Assembly (NCBI GenBank): GCA_035559735.1
Contig: DATMAS010000001.1
Location: forward strand, 50,187 to 114,186
DNA from: Candidatus Nitrosotenuis sp.
Lineage (GTDB): Archaea; Thermoproteota; Nitrososphaeria; Nitrososphaerales; Nitrosopumilaceae
DNA: 64,000 nt
Direction of reading: 5' to 3'
Shown: positions 1-10,100 of the stretch, piece after piece
Numbering within the stretch: position 1 is the first letter of the stretch
Layout of the letters: each line of letters starts with the position of its first letter
Translations under genes and position numbers: made by a program
The notes under the pieces: model-generated
Seen by the model: only the letters and a program-made list of their open reading frames with translations
Database searches by the model: none
What the model was told of the DNA's origin: nothing

Positions 1-1
1 G

Positions 2-172
2 GTGCTATTTCAGAATTTCAATTCGTGTCCTGCAAAACAATTTTCGATCATTGATGAAATTGTAGAATATGAAAGGACACTTGATCCAAATATCTGCATT
101 TCAATTGCAGAAAAAATTGACAGACTAAACAACGAGTGCAATTCTGGCCTAGAAACACTTGACTGTAGCTAG
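2..172 (+). CDS. 3' end of a hypothetical protein (truncated by window edge)
   Basis: Open frame from base 2 (VLFQNFNSCPAK...CNSGLETLDCS*), with its stop overlapping the convergent LysE stop at CTAG 169-172. Confidence 0.6.
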   Translation: MLFQNFNSCPAKQFSIIDEIVEYERTLDPNICISIAEKIDRLNNECNSGLETLDCS

Positions 173-780
173 ACCACTTCTAAAATAAAAGACACGCCAA
201 AATAAATCAGGACTGCATTTATTGCAATCATGCATACGCGGTATCTTTTGTCTGAAAGAAATTTCTTTCCCTTTGATGATAACGTTGATACGAAAAAGAG
301 CCAAGCATAGTCCATCCAAATATGCATCCCAAACATGACTAGGATTCCCAAAAATGCCCACAAAACAAGCGCATCAAAAATAAGCTTGATGCCAACTGTG
401 AACCACCAAATCAGAAAGAACGGGTTGAGGCCTGTGAGAAGTATGCCTGTAGCAAATGCACTGCATTTTGATTCTTTGATGTCACGAGTCTTCATTGTGG
501 AATAGATCTGAATCCCTGAGAAAGCAAAGATGCTCAATGCTCCCAAGACTGCCACTATGACTCTGAACTGTGGGAATGTCTCCAACGAAAAAATGCCAAG
601 GCCAAGAAAGACGACTAGTGGCAGCTCGACGATCGTGTGGCCTGCCGCCACATAAAGACCTGAACGTCCTCCCTGTTTCAATGAACTAGAAACGGTTGCG
701 GCAAAAAGCGGTCCTGGTGCCATGACTCCAGAAGCAGAAATCACTATTACTGCTGCAAAAAACCCAAAAAAGTCCTGCAT
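169..780 (-). CDS. LysE family translocator
   Basis: 203 aa hydrophobic; N-terminal SGxxAPGP and internal LNP motifs typical of LysE/RhtB. Confidence 0.88.
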   Translation of the reverse strand: MQDFFGFFAAVIVISASGVMAPGPLFAATVSSSLKQGGRSGLYVAAGHTIVELPLVVFLGLGIFSLETFPQFRVIVAVLGALSIFAFSGIQIYSTMKTRDIKESKCSAFATGILLTGLNPFFLIWWFTVGIKLIFDALVLWAFLGILVMFGMHIWMDYAWLFFVSTLSSKGKKFLSDKRYRVCMIAINAVLIYFGVSFILEVV

Positions 781-792
781 TTGTTAGTGCAG

Positions 793-1509
793 CTAGCCGT
801 ACATTGTCTCTCTGAACGCACGTGTTTCTTTTTCTGTCTGCTTGATTTGTTTTTCTGCTATCTCTGCTTGTTTTTGTATCATGGTGAGGTCGCAGGAGAC
901 TCCTGGCAAAAGCTTCGACATTGCCATACACAGATGAGCACTTGATTTGAAATCTGGGCCCGACTCGTCGACGTTAACTAGAACCACGACGACATCTTGG
1001 TTGTTTAACATGCCTTCGTTTAATAGTGCTCCAGGAATTCCAGGAATTGTCCCGTTTTGCAGAATTATCATGTCTGCTTGCTTTATTTTGTTGCGCGCAT
1101 TATTCGTACTTCCTGCCGCAATCACACTGTCTTGACTGCTGTCTGGGAACTTCATTGGTGAGCTACTTACTATTAGGTCGCACTTGTGCTTTCTTGCCCA
1201 GCTAAGCATCATCTTTGCAATTGCACGATGGTACGGTTCATTGATAGTAAGGTATGAGGTAAAAATTGATACTTTGAGTATGTCGTTGACAAAAATTCTT
1301 GTAGCGTAATTTGGTGTGCCATCTTTGAGTATGGTCACTGTCGGAAAATCAATAGAATCGACAAAACCGACAAGATCGTATTGAGACGTGTGCATCAGTG
1401 ACTCGCTTGCAATTGCACTCGTAAAGCCAATTGAGGGGAAGCCATCGATCAAGTAACCGCCTTCGATGTTGACGGGTTTTAGCTCCTTTACCCAAAGGCG
1501 TGGTAGCAT
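793..1509 (-). CDS. PAC2 family (proteasome assembly chaperone-like) protein
   Basis: GFPSIGFTSAIA motif, GxIPGIPGALL, PD..SA, C-terminal coiled tail ending MYG. Confidence 0.85.
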   Translation of the reverse strand: MLPRLWVKELKPVNIEGGYLIDGFPSIGFTSAIASESLMHTSQYDLVGFVDSIDFPTVTILKDGTPNYATRIFVNDILKVSIFTSYLTINEPYHRAIAKMMLSWARKHKCDLIVSSSPMKFPDSSQDSVIAAGSTNNARNKIKQADMIILQNGTIPGIPGALLNEGMLNNQDVVVVLVNVDESGPDFKSSAHLCMAMSKLLPGVSCDLTMIQKQAEIAEKQIKQTEKETRAFRETMYG

Positions 1510-1554
1510 ACATGAATTAGCTGTAAATCACTGATATACTTTACAGTGCTGCAA

Positions 1555-2493
1555 CTATTTGATTTTGGACAAAAGTGTACGGTAGATAAACGGAAGCACA
1601 GTGGTTATCTCTGCGTGGATAGTGGTTTGCTTGGCATCCTGTGTCACTTTTCCCCACGAGATCGCCTCTCTTACCAGTGCGCCACTCAAGCTACCATCAA
1701 ATTCTTGTGCCGTCGTGATATATACAGCATAATCTAGGCCTTCGCGGTATTGATTCCACCAAAGTGTGTGGTGTTTTGATATGCCGCCACCAAGCATGAG
1801 TGCGCCGGATTTTTTGGCCTTGAAGACCAGTCCTGATAATGTGTTTGCGTCTTCTGTCATGTTCAGCTTAAAATCATTGTGCTTTTGTGAAAACAACCAG
1901 ATCTGGCTGCCTACTGCTCCATCCATTATTCCTGGAACTACCACGGGTATGTTATTTTTTTGCGCCCAATAGAGGAATGAATCCTCGCCAAGCATCTTGC
2001 CAATTTCTTTTGCAATGTCTGCTGTCGACATTTCTTTTTTTCCTTGCTTGTACACTTCTTCTAGGATCTGTTGCATCTTTTCTTCGATGAGGGGGCCGTA
2101 GCTTTCCATTGGAACCAGTACATTGCCCAGTCTGTGAATGTCTTGATCTGCAAGCTGAGAGTCGTCCATCGTAAAAGAGCCTTCTTTATAGTTTGAAAAA
2201 TGCCTGGCTATATCGTGGTCCAATGCGCCACAAGTAGTTATTATGACGTCAAACCATTTTTTTTGCGTCATGTCTTTTATGATGCCACGAATACCTGTTG
2301 AGACTATTGCGCCAACAAATGACAAAAACCTAAGACATTCTTTATCTGAAATCATTGTAGAAAGAATTTCCACACCGTCGGCAAGGTTTCTTGATTCAAA
2401 TCCTCCGGACTTTGCCATCTGCTCAAAAATTTGTGAAATCGTTGTTTGTTCTGTAATTGCAAAATCTTTTACTGGGTTTCCAGGTTCTATCAT
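1555..2493 (-). CDS. dys: deoxyhypusine synthase
   Basis: GGGISKHH, DGSLSGA and EAISWGK (catalytic Lys) motifs. Confidence 0.95.
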   Translation of the reverse strand: MIEPGNPVKDFAITEQTTISQIFEQMAKSGGFESRNLADGVEILSTMISDKECLRFLSFVGAIVSTGIRGIIKDMTQKKWFDVIITTCGALDHDIARHFSNYKEGSFTMDDSQLADQDIHRLGNVLVPMESYGPLIEEKMQQILEEVYKQGKKEMSTADIAKEIGKMLGEDSFLYWAQKNNIPVVVPGIMDGAVGSQIWLFSQKHNDFKLNMTEDANTLSGLVFKAKKSGALMLGGGISKHHTLWWNQYREGLDYAVYITTAQEFDGSLSGALVREAISWGKVTQDAKQTTIHAEITTVLPFIYRTLLSKIK

Positions 2494-2609
2494 GACATCT
2501 TCAAAATAATTCGATTATAAAATCGTCTGCAAATTATTTTACAATATGCTTGATCAAGCTGGCATAATTACTAGGTCCAAATGGTAATTTGGATTATGAT
2601 GTTATGAGG

Positions 2610-2644
2610 GGTTCTGCTAACTTGTCGAGGGATGCCGACAAGTT
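2610..2644. repeat. left terminal inverted repeat with internal hairpin
   Basis: GGTTCTGCTAACTTGTCGAGGGATGCCGACAAGTT; stem AACTTGTCG (2619-2627)/CGACAAGTT (2636-2644). Confidence 0.85.
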
Positions 2645-2690
2645 TAAATCAATTAAAACCAATCGCTGTTCGTTTGGATTCCAAATTCAT

Positions 2691-3896
2691 ATGGTGAAAA
2701 AGATGTTCGCAATCAAATCAATAAAACAACCATTTTCACCCGATGAAAAAATTCTTCAAATGATGAATACGTTCAAAGACATGGTAAATCATTGCATCAG
2801 AATAGGATTGGAAAACAACTGTTCCACCATGAAAAAACTTTCTGTGTTATCCTACCACAAATTAGAACAATATCAAATCCAGTCAAAATACAAACTCACA
2901 GCAATCTCCCAAGCATCTGGGCGACTAGCACAGATGAAAAAGGACCTCAGAAAAGGCAGAAAGGTCAGATCACCTTTTGTAAGAAAGCCATATCTGGTGT
3001 CATGTTACGGATTCAAAATCAACGGCATGTTGATGTCATTTCCTGTATCAAATCGAAACTTTGTCAACATCCTGCTAAATAATCATACAGTATCAGAACT
3101 CTCAAAGGACGGGATAGAGGCTAGGTCATTCGCAATCACACCAACATCACTATCCATCTCAATACAAAAAGACGTCACCCAAATCAAACCACAGGGTGCA
3201 ATCGGCATAGATAGAAATCTACGAAACATTACCATATCAACACCAGATAATATCGTCATGTACAGAACCGAAAAGATACTCTCAATAAAACAAAATTCAC
3301 AGCATGTTAGAGATTCTTTCAGGAGGTTTGATGCCAGAGTAAAGAATCGATTCCTTGCAAAAAATCGAGGCAGGCAGACAAGACGAGTTAATCAATATAT
3401 CCACAAAATTTCAAACGACATAGTTACCAAAGCAAAAGAATCAAAATCCATGATTATTTTTGAGGATCTCAAGGGCATCAGAAAACTCTACAGGAATGGG
3501 AATGGTCAGGGCAGAAAATTCAGACAGAAAGTAAACTCATGGTCATTTTACGAATTTCAACGACAGGTAGAATACAAAGCCAGATGGGAAGGCATACCTG
3601 TCAAATTCGTAGATCCACAACGCACAAGCAAACTCTGTCCAATATGCGGAGGGTCACTCCAAGAGGACAGGTTGAACAGACGAAAATTGTTGTGCAGTAA
3701 TTGTGGCAAATCAATGGACCGTGACGTAGTCGCATCCATGAATATTGCGCACAAGGGGTGGGCTAGGTTTACCCATCCTAGAGGGCTTACAGATGAAGCA
3801 ATGAAGGGGAACGTGATTTCTGACAAATATCAGGAACCGCTAACCCTCAGAGTGCATGGAAGCAAGCTAACTTGGCTACATCCCTCGATAAGTTAG
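2691..3896 (+). CDS. tnpB: TnpB RNA-guided endonuclease (RuvC + zinc ribbon)
   Basis: RuvC-I GIDRN, RuvC-II IFEDL, CPIC/CSNC zinc finger, RuvC-III DRDVVASMNI; start likely ATG 2691 or 2703 since the ORF-track start (2589) lies outside the element. Confidence 0.93.
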   Translation: MVKKMFAIKSIKQPFSPDEKILQMMNTFKDMVNHCIRIGLENNCSTMKKLSVLSYHKLEQYQIQSKYKLTAISQASGRLAQMKKDLRKGRKVRSPFVRKPYLVSCYGFKINGMLMSFPVSNRNFVNILLNNHTVSELSKDGIEARSFAITPTSLSISIQKDVTQIKPQGAIGIDRNLRNITISTPDNIVMYRTEKILSIKQNSQHVRDSFRRFDARVKNRFLAKNRGRQTRRVNQYIHKISNDIVTKAKESKSMIIFEDLKGIRKLYRNGNGQGRKFRQKVNSWSFYEFQRQVEYKARWEGIPVKFVDPQRTSKLCPICGGSLQEDRLNRRKLLCSNCGKSMDRDVVASMNIAHKGWARFTHPRGLTDEAMKGNVISDKYQEPLTLRVHGSKLTWLHPSIS

Positions 3897-3920
3897 CAGA
3901 ACCTCATTGTGGATAATGTG
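3750..3920 (+). ncRNA. putative TnpB omega/reRNA overlapping the tnpB 3' end (boundaries approximate)
   Basis: Inferred from general TnpB biology; hairpin GCTAACTT (3866-3873)/AAGTTAGC (3890-3897) at right end; not directly demonstrable. Confidence 0.35.
3869..3903. repeat. right terminal inverted repeat (contains tnpB stop codon)
   Basis: AACTTGGCTACATCCCTCGATAAGTTAGCAGAACC; reverse complement matches 2610-2644 with 4 mismatches. Confidence 0.85.
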
Positions 3921-6237
3921 GAAAAGGCCTGGCTGGCTTCTAACGGTCATAGCTATTGTAATTCTAGCAGGACAAGTATCAAATTCTGCTGCTCTACCTA
4001 CTAATGAGGTTATAATACACAATGTCATAACCTGTCACTCGGTTCAAGGGACGTGGGTAGACCCATTATGCGTCATCGAAACCGTTCCATTGACAATTAG
4101 CTCAGGACAAAAACTTACAATTGCAAGCAATGTTCAGCTACTCCTTCAAAAGGCTATGTCAAATGCAGGCACTGTAGACAATCGTGGAGGAATCACAAAC
4201 TCACAAAGTATAACCAACAGCGGCACTTTCAACAATTTTGGCACCGTTAGCAACTCCAGACCTTTTGATAATTCCGGTACGATCAATAACCATAGTGAAT
4301 TTGTCAATTCTGATAGGCTCACCAATACTGGCATAATTAACAATCACCGAGACTTTCACAATTTTAACACCATTGATAATACCATCGGGCTGATCAGAAA
4401 CATATGTACTGGCATAATCATTGATCCAAACGGCGATCCAAATCTACCTCCCGGTGTAATACTGGGTAACTCACCTGTGATGATCAGCTGTCCACCAAAT
4501 CTATTCATATCTGACGTGCAGGATGAAGAAGGCGACGCCGGATCTGCCGTTTTCAACTTTTTAATTTCACTTAGTGCACCGGCGCCATTAGGCGGCGTCC
4601 AAGTCTCATTTTCAACTAGTGATGGAAGCGCAACAACATCTGATGCAGATTATCAAGCATCCAGTGGCTCGATCATAATCCCAGAAGGCCAAACATTGGG
4701 CAACATCCCAATTCAGGTCAACGGCGATACAAAAATTGAACCAGACGAATCTTTTCTTGTAAATCTCTCTAATGTTGTTAATGCGACAATTTCTGATGGA
4801 CAGGGAATAGGCACAATTCAAAACGACGATGTTGATTCGGATGGGGATAGTATCCTAGACAAAGCTGATAACTGCAAAGATGCCTCAAACCCCTTTCAAG
4901 AAGATCTCGATTCCGATGGAATGGGTAACGCATGCGACACCGACGATGACAATGATACCGTAGCAGATTCCATAGACAACTGTCAATTTATTGCAAATCC
5001 GGATCAGGCGGATGCAGATGCAGATGGAATCGGCGATGTATGTGACTCAGATGATGACAACGATGGATTCTCAGACGATGTGGACTTGTGCTCACTCACG
5101 CCAGGGGGTGTAAACGGATGCCCTGATGCTGACGGGGATCAAGTCGCAGACAATGTAGACAACTGCCCGTCTGTTCCAAATCAAGATCAGCAAGATTCAG
5201 ATGGCAACGGAATTGGTAACGCATGTCAAGATACCGATTCTGATACTGTTCTTGATCACCTAGACAACTGCCCACTAGTATCCAACATTGATCAAACAGA
5301 CACCGACGGTGATGGTATCGGAGATCTGTGTGATAGGACACCCAACGGTGACGACGATGCAGACAATATAGACAATTTGTCGGACAACTGTCCTATGACA
5401 CCTAATCAGCAACAAGAAGATTCTGATGTTGATGGTATGGGTGATGCTTGTGATGCATTTCCAAATGATCCTCTAAACGATGTAGATGGTGACGGGGTGG
5501 GAGGAGATGTAGACAACTGCCCTGGTACACATAATCCTGATCAGGCAGACAGTGATGGCAATGGAATTGGCGATGCGTGTGATACACCTCCAACTCCAGT
5601 AACACTATACTGTGATGATAAAACATTAGCAGAATTAATTGCAACACCAAGTTACAATCTCATTGACAACAGAGACGGCCATCTTGGAACCAAAATCCAA
5701 GGAACAAATGGAAATGATCTAATCCTGCTCTCAGATGTCGGCAACAAAGTGAATGCAAGAAAAGGCAACGACTGCATAATCGGAGGTGCAAGCAACGACC
5801 ACATAAACGGCGCCAAAGGAGACGACGAGATATTTGGCCAAGATGGACACGACGAAATTTGGGGCGGCCAAGGAAATGATTTCATAGATGCTGGAAATGG
5901 CAATGATAAAGCACACGGAAACCAAGGCACCGACACAATGGACGGCGGCATGGGAAACGATTGGCTTGGCGGAGGAATAGGTGATGATGCCGTCCATGGG
6001 GGAGATGGCAATGACAAGCTATTTGGTAGGCCTGGAAATGACATGCTGAGCGGTGATTCAGGAAACGACCAAATCTATGGGGGGCAGGGCAACGACTACA
6101 TTGACGGTGGCACAGAGATAGACAAGTGCCACGGGGGCCAAGGGCAAAACACCTTTGAGAACTGTGAGGACACAAAGCCAAAGATCCATGAAGAAGACGA
6201 CGAAGACGCGTACAGTGACATACGCGACGACGAATAA
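3916..6237 (+). CDS. secreted Ca-binding surface protein/adhesin: Asn-Gly repeat region, Calx-beta domain, thrombospondin type-3 repeats, RTX-like GGxGxD repeats
   Basis: Signal peptide MWKRPGWLLTVIAIV...; Calx-beta (DGSAT..DY, GDTKIEPDESF, GTIQNDD); many DxDxDGxGDxCD/DNCP repeats; GGxGND nonapeptides; ATG 3916 preferred to TTG 3907. Confidence 0.88.
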   Translation: MWKRPGWLLTVIAIVILAGQVSNSAALPTNEVIIHNVITCHSVQGTWVDPLCVIETVPLTISSGQKLTIASNVQLLLQKAMSNAGTVDNRGGITNSQSITNSGTFNNFGTVSNSRPFDNSGTINNHSEFVNSDRLTNTGIINNHRDFHNFNTIDNTIGLIRNICTGIIIDPNGDPNLPPGVILGNSPVMISCPPNLFISDVQDEEGDAGSAVFNFLISLSAPAPLGGVQVSFSTSDGSATTSDADYQASSGSIIIPEGQTLGNIPIQVNGDTKIEPDESFLVNLSNVVNATISDGQGIGTIQNDDVDSDGDSILDKADNCKDASNPFQEDLDSDGMGNACDTDDDNDTVADSIDNCQFIANPDQADADADGIGDVCDSDDDNDGFSDDVDLCSLTPGGVNGCPDADGDQVADNVDNCPSVPNQDQQDSDGNGIGNACQDTDSDTVLDHLDNCPLVSNIDQTDTDGDGIGDLCDRTPNGDDDADNIDNLSDNCPMTPNQQQEDSDVDGMGDACDAFPNDPLNDVDGDGVGGDVDNCPGTHNPDQADSDGNGIGDACDTPPTPVTLYCDDKTLAELIATPSYNLIDNRDGHLGTKIQGTNGNDLILLSDVGNKVNARKGNDCIIGGASNDHINGAKGDDEIFGQDGHDEIWGGQGNDFIDAGNGNDKAHGNQGTDTMDGGMGNDWLGGGIGDDAVHGGDGNDKLFGRPGNDMLSGDSGNDQIYGGQGNDYIDGGTEIDKCHGGQGQNTFENCEDTKPKIHEEDDEDAYSDIRDDE

Positions 6238-6240
6238 GCA

Positions 6241-6981
6241 TTAAGAGAAATACATCTTGTCTTTGTACCTGCGAAACCTGCTTTTCTTGTAATCTGAAAG
6301 CTGGAATGATGAGACAATTGACGCTTGTCTGTGGCCCAATATGTCTAATTTTGGGATCATCACTTGGTCTTTTTCTTTAAGATCTGCTATGATGCTTTGG
6401 CCACCAAATTTTCTATTTGAGACATTTGCTGCCAAGATGGGAACTCTGTTCTCCAGGGAGCGTGCTTGAACATAGATGTGCCACGGCTTGATTCCACGCT
6501 TGACTATTCTGCTTGGCGAAAGCAGGATGTCTGCGCCTTTTTTTACCATGGTTTCAGCAACTCCTGCAAAAACCATGTCATAACAAATTATTATGCCAAC
6601 ACTTGCCTTCTTGGTTTTAAAGACTCGGGCCTTCATTCCCGGTTTTATTTTGAACCGCTCATAATCAAAGGGGTGAATCTTTTCCTGCTTGCCTATTATC
6701 TCGCCACCCTCTATCAGTGGTGCTGTTATATGATAGTACTTTCCATTCTTTTCGTAAAATGCACCAGGTACAATAGTCATGGAGTAATCCTTTGAAATTC
6801 TAGCAAAATCAGAAAACTGCACATCAAAATCCAATATCGTATTGTCTTTAAGCCATTGCTCAGGCAAGCACACGATGTCTGTTTCCTTTTTCGCCAGCTT
6901 GAGTATGATCTTTGAGACCTCGCCCATTGCCTCCGCATTCGATCCGTACTGTCTTGTTTGAATTATGCCTGCCTTGATCAA
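6241..6981 (-). CDS. carbon-nitrogen hydrolase (nitrilase superfamily)
   Basis: Catalytic triad motifs LPE, KIH, ICYD; ARSLEN. Confidence 0.9.
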   Translation of the reverse strand: MIKAGIIQTRQYGSNAEAMGEVSKIILKLAKKETDIVCLPEQWLKDNTILDFDVQFSDFARISKDYSMTIVPGAFYEKNGKYYHITAPLIEGGEIIGKQEKIHPFDYERFKIKPGMKARVFKTKKASVGIIICYDMVFAGVAETMVKKGADILLSPSRIVKRGIKPWHIYVQARSLENRVPILAANVSNRKFGGQSIIADLKEKDQVMIPKLDILGHRQASIVSSFQLSDYKKSRFRRYKDKMYFS

Positions 6982-7118
6982 TGGCTGTTATTGTGGTTGT
7001 CCCAATTATAAGCGGATTCACTCTCAAATTTTTCATAGCATTACAAGAATTATTCCTCAGGTCAACTAAACTTGGCAATATTTGATTAACAAACCAGATC
7101 TCAAAGGGTATCCATACT

Positions 7119-10100
7119 TTGGTTCATATTAAAAAAGTAGAGATTTTTGGCTTCAAATCGTTCGGCTTTACGAACACAGTGGTGGGCTTTGAGCCCGGCC
7201 TGGTATCTATCTCAGGACCAAACGGTTCTGGCAAAAGCAACATACTTGATGCAATCATCTTTGCCTTGGGCGAGAACCGCCCCAAGGTCATGAGGGTGGA
7301 TAAACTAAGATCACTGATTCACGACATTGAAGGCTCAAGACGAGGCACAAAAATGGCGCGAGTAAGCCTTCACTTTGACAATTCTGACAGAAAGATCCCA
7401 GTGGATGCCAACAATGTGGTCATCACGCGTGAAATGGATGAGCACGGCGAAAACGTCTACTATCTGAACCAAAAGCAGACAAACCGAAATCAGATCCTAG
7501 ACCTACTTGAGGTCGCAAACGCAAGCCTCACCCAACTAAATGCCGTCCAACAGGGAACCGTGACCAGAATATCGGAATTCACTGCCGAAGAGAAAAGAAC
7601 TGTAATTGAGGATCTGATAGGTCTTGCATACTTTGATGAAAAAAAGGCCGAGTCGCTCAAACAGCTTGACGACGCAGACAGGCGCCTTGAGATTGCTTTG
7701 GCAAGAATGGATGAAATCAAAAAAAGAATAGACGAACTTGAAGCGGAACGAAACCTAAAGCTTAGGCACGATCTGATAAACCGCGAAATAGGCAGGCTTC
7801 ATGCAATATCTGCCTCAAACAAGATGAAGGTAATACAATCTGCAAAAATATCAAAGGAGCGCAGTATCCACTCGCTTGTATCTGAGGCAAAACGCCTAGA
7901 TGAGGAACGCGCCGCAATCAAAAAAGAGATCTCGGCTCTAGAGGCGCAAAAGTCGTCATTTATGGCAGAGGCAAACGCATACAATCAGGCAAAGGCTGCA
8001 ATTGACTCTGAGCTCAGCGCAGCGATGCAAGTCTACGAGTCGGCAAACACTGAGGCAATCACAAAAACAAGAAGACTTGAGCAGATTCAAGCAAGACTTC
8101 CACAAATAGCGTCTGATCTGGAGCTACTACATCAAAGCAGAGCCTCCATTGAGGCACAGATGACAGAGCTAAAAGAAATGATTGCAAAAATCAAGGAGAA
8201 CAAAAATCAAAGCACGGTACTGCTCAAATCGATTGACTCGGAAACCTCGCAGGTCTACAAGCAGCAATCACAAGTAATTGCACAAAGAAAAGAAATAGAC
8301 AACAAGATCAATGGCCTCACTACAAAACTTAACACAGCCAAAGTAACTTTGGCAAAACTCGAATCCGAAATTAATGACACTAAATCAAAAATCATGACCA
8401 ACAAGGCAAAACAATCGGAAATAGTTGAAGAATATGCAAAACTTGAGCAACTAAAAACAAGACTTGAGTCAATCCGCAACAATCACAAAGATGCCATAAC
8501 AGAGCTAAAGACAAGGATTGCAGAACAGGAAAGCAAGAAGGCAAAGACAGAAAACGACATAGAAGAACTTACACTCATCTTAGAAAAGGCCTCCAAGGCT
8601 GCAGCACAATATGATGCAAAGATCCGAGTAGTCAAGGGGTTGATGCATGAGGACTATACCATCGCAAATCTCAAAGAACATAGCTTAGAGCTTGGCATAG
8701 AGGGACTCGCATATGAGATGATCTCATGGGACAAAGAATATGAGCGCGCAGCATTAGCAGTCGCATCTGACTGGATCAAATCATTTGTAGTAAAAGATTT
8801 CGCAACACTTCTTAGCTTGGCCGAAGTTGCGCGTGCAAAAAAACTACCTAAACTGAAAATTATACCGCTTGAGGCAATTCCTAAATTCAAAATGTCACTG
8901 CCGTCTGACTCTGACGTCATCGACGTACTTGCAAATTTTATCAAATGCGATGAACGATATGCTGGACTAAAGACGTTTCTGTTTGGCAATGTGTTGTTAG
9001 TAAAGACGCGCGAAGCCGCACTACGTCTTTCAAAAGAAGGCTACAAGACAGTTACGCTGGAAGGAGAATTCTTTGAATCAAAGGCAAGTGCAGTCATAAT
9101 CGATATAAATTCAAAGATATCGAAGCTGACAAAAATAATTTCGATGAGCACTTCGGTTGATGGACTTTTGCAGTCAATCAACCTGCTAAAAAAATACATA
9201 CAAAAGAAGAGATTCGCAATCAAAAAAACCGACACAATAATTTCAAACTACAAGAACAGGCTCTCGATTTCTGAGACAGGCCTTGCAAATGCAGATCTCA
9301 GCTACGCAGATCTGAAAGTGAAACTCTCTACATTTGAAAAAACAAGACACCAATTAGAGTCAAGAATATCGCATCTTGAGAGACATCTAGATAAACTTGC
9401 CACAGATTTCGCCAAGGAGGAATCAAACATTGCTTCCCTTGAACAAAGGATCGTTTTAATGCATGAGAATTATGCAGATGGCCAAGATGCGAGGATTGCA
9501 TCGGATCTCGCAAGGCTGAATGAAAAAAGAACCGAATTGCTTGCAAACCAATCTGCAATAATAAGTGAGCTACGCGACAAAGAGGCACAACTTGCAATAC
9601 TTTCTGCCAAGGAGCTAGGCGAAAAATCAAAGATGCACAGCTTGCATGAAGAACAGTCCTCACTAAATCACGAAAAACGTGAGATTGAATCACGTCTTAG
9701 TGCGTTGGCAAAAGAAAAAGAACAGGCAAACCAAAATCTAATCAAACTCAGAGAAAAAGAACAGGAACTCATTGCTACCTCGGGCACTTCAATCTCAAAA
9801 CTTCAGGAGTTTGACGAAAAACTCACACAGCTAAATGAGCAGGAGCGCACATATACAAAAGAGATCAATGCACTGGAACGTCAATCTGATTCTCTTGCAC
9901 GAGACATACGTGATTTGGCAGAAAATGAAGCAAAAATACTCAAAATACTGGAAAAATACGGCTATGAAGAGATCACAGAGGCATTCGAGGTAGATTCGAT
10001 GCTTTCTGCCTTGGAATCTGAAATGAACTCGCTTGTCTCAAAATTGAATGCGACAGCGCCTGAGACGTATGTTGAAGTTTCAAGCGGATACCGCTCTATG

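Larger units (their letters stand above)
2610..3903 (+). mobile_element. solo-tnpB (IS200/IS605-superfamily, IS1341-like) element bounded by 35-bp imperfect terminal inverted repeats
   Basis: Left end 2610-2644 and reverse complement of right end 3869-3903 match at 31/35 nt; only tnpB inside, no tnpA. Confidence 0.8.

Noticed and set aside
2610-2637. Resemblance of GGTTCTGCTAA to a Xer/dif arm
   Set aside because: No matching second arm after a 6-bp spacer
2589-2690. N-terminal extension of TnpB in the ORF track
   Set aside because: Starts outside the element and runs through the left TIR; ATG 2691/2703 follows an AT-rich promoter-like stretch
3897-4100. CRISPR array next to tnpB (Cas12f-like system)
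   Set aside because: No repeat-spacer array here or anywhere I could see in the window; no cas genes
4146-6317. Antisense ORFs within the adhesin gene
   Set aside because: Shadow frames of Asp/Gly-rich repeats with no recognisable motifs
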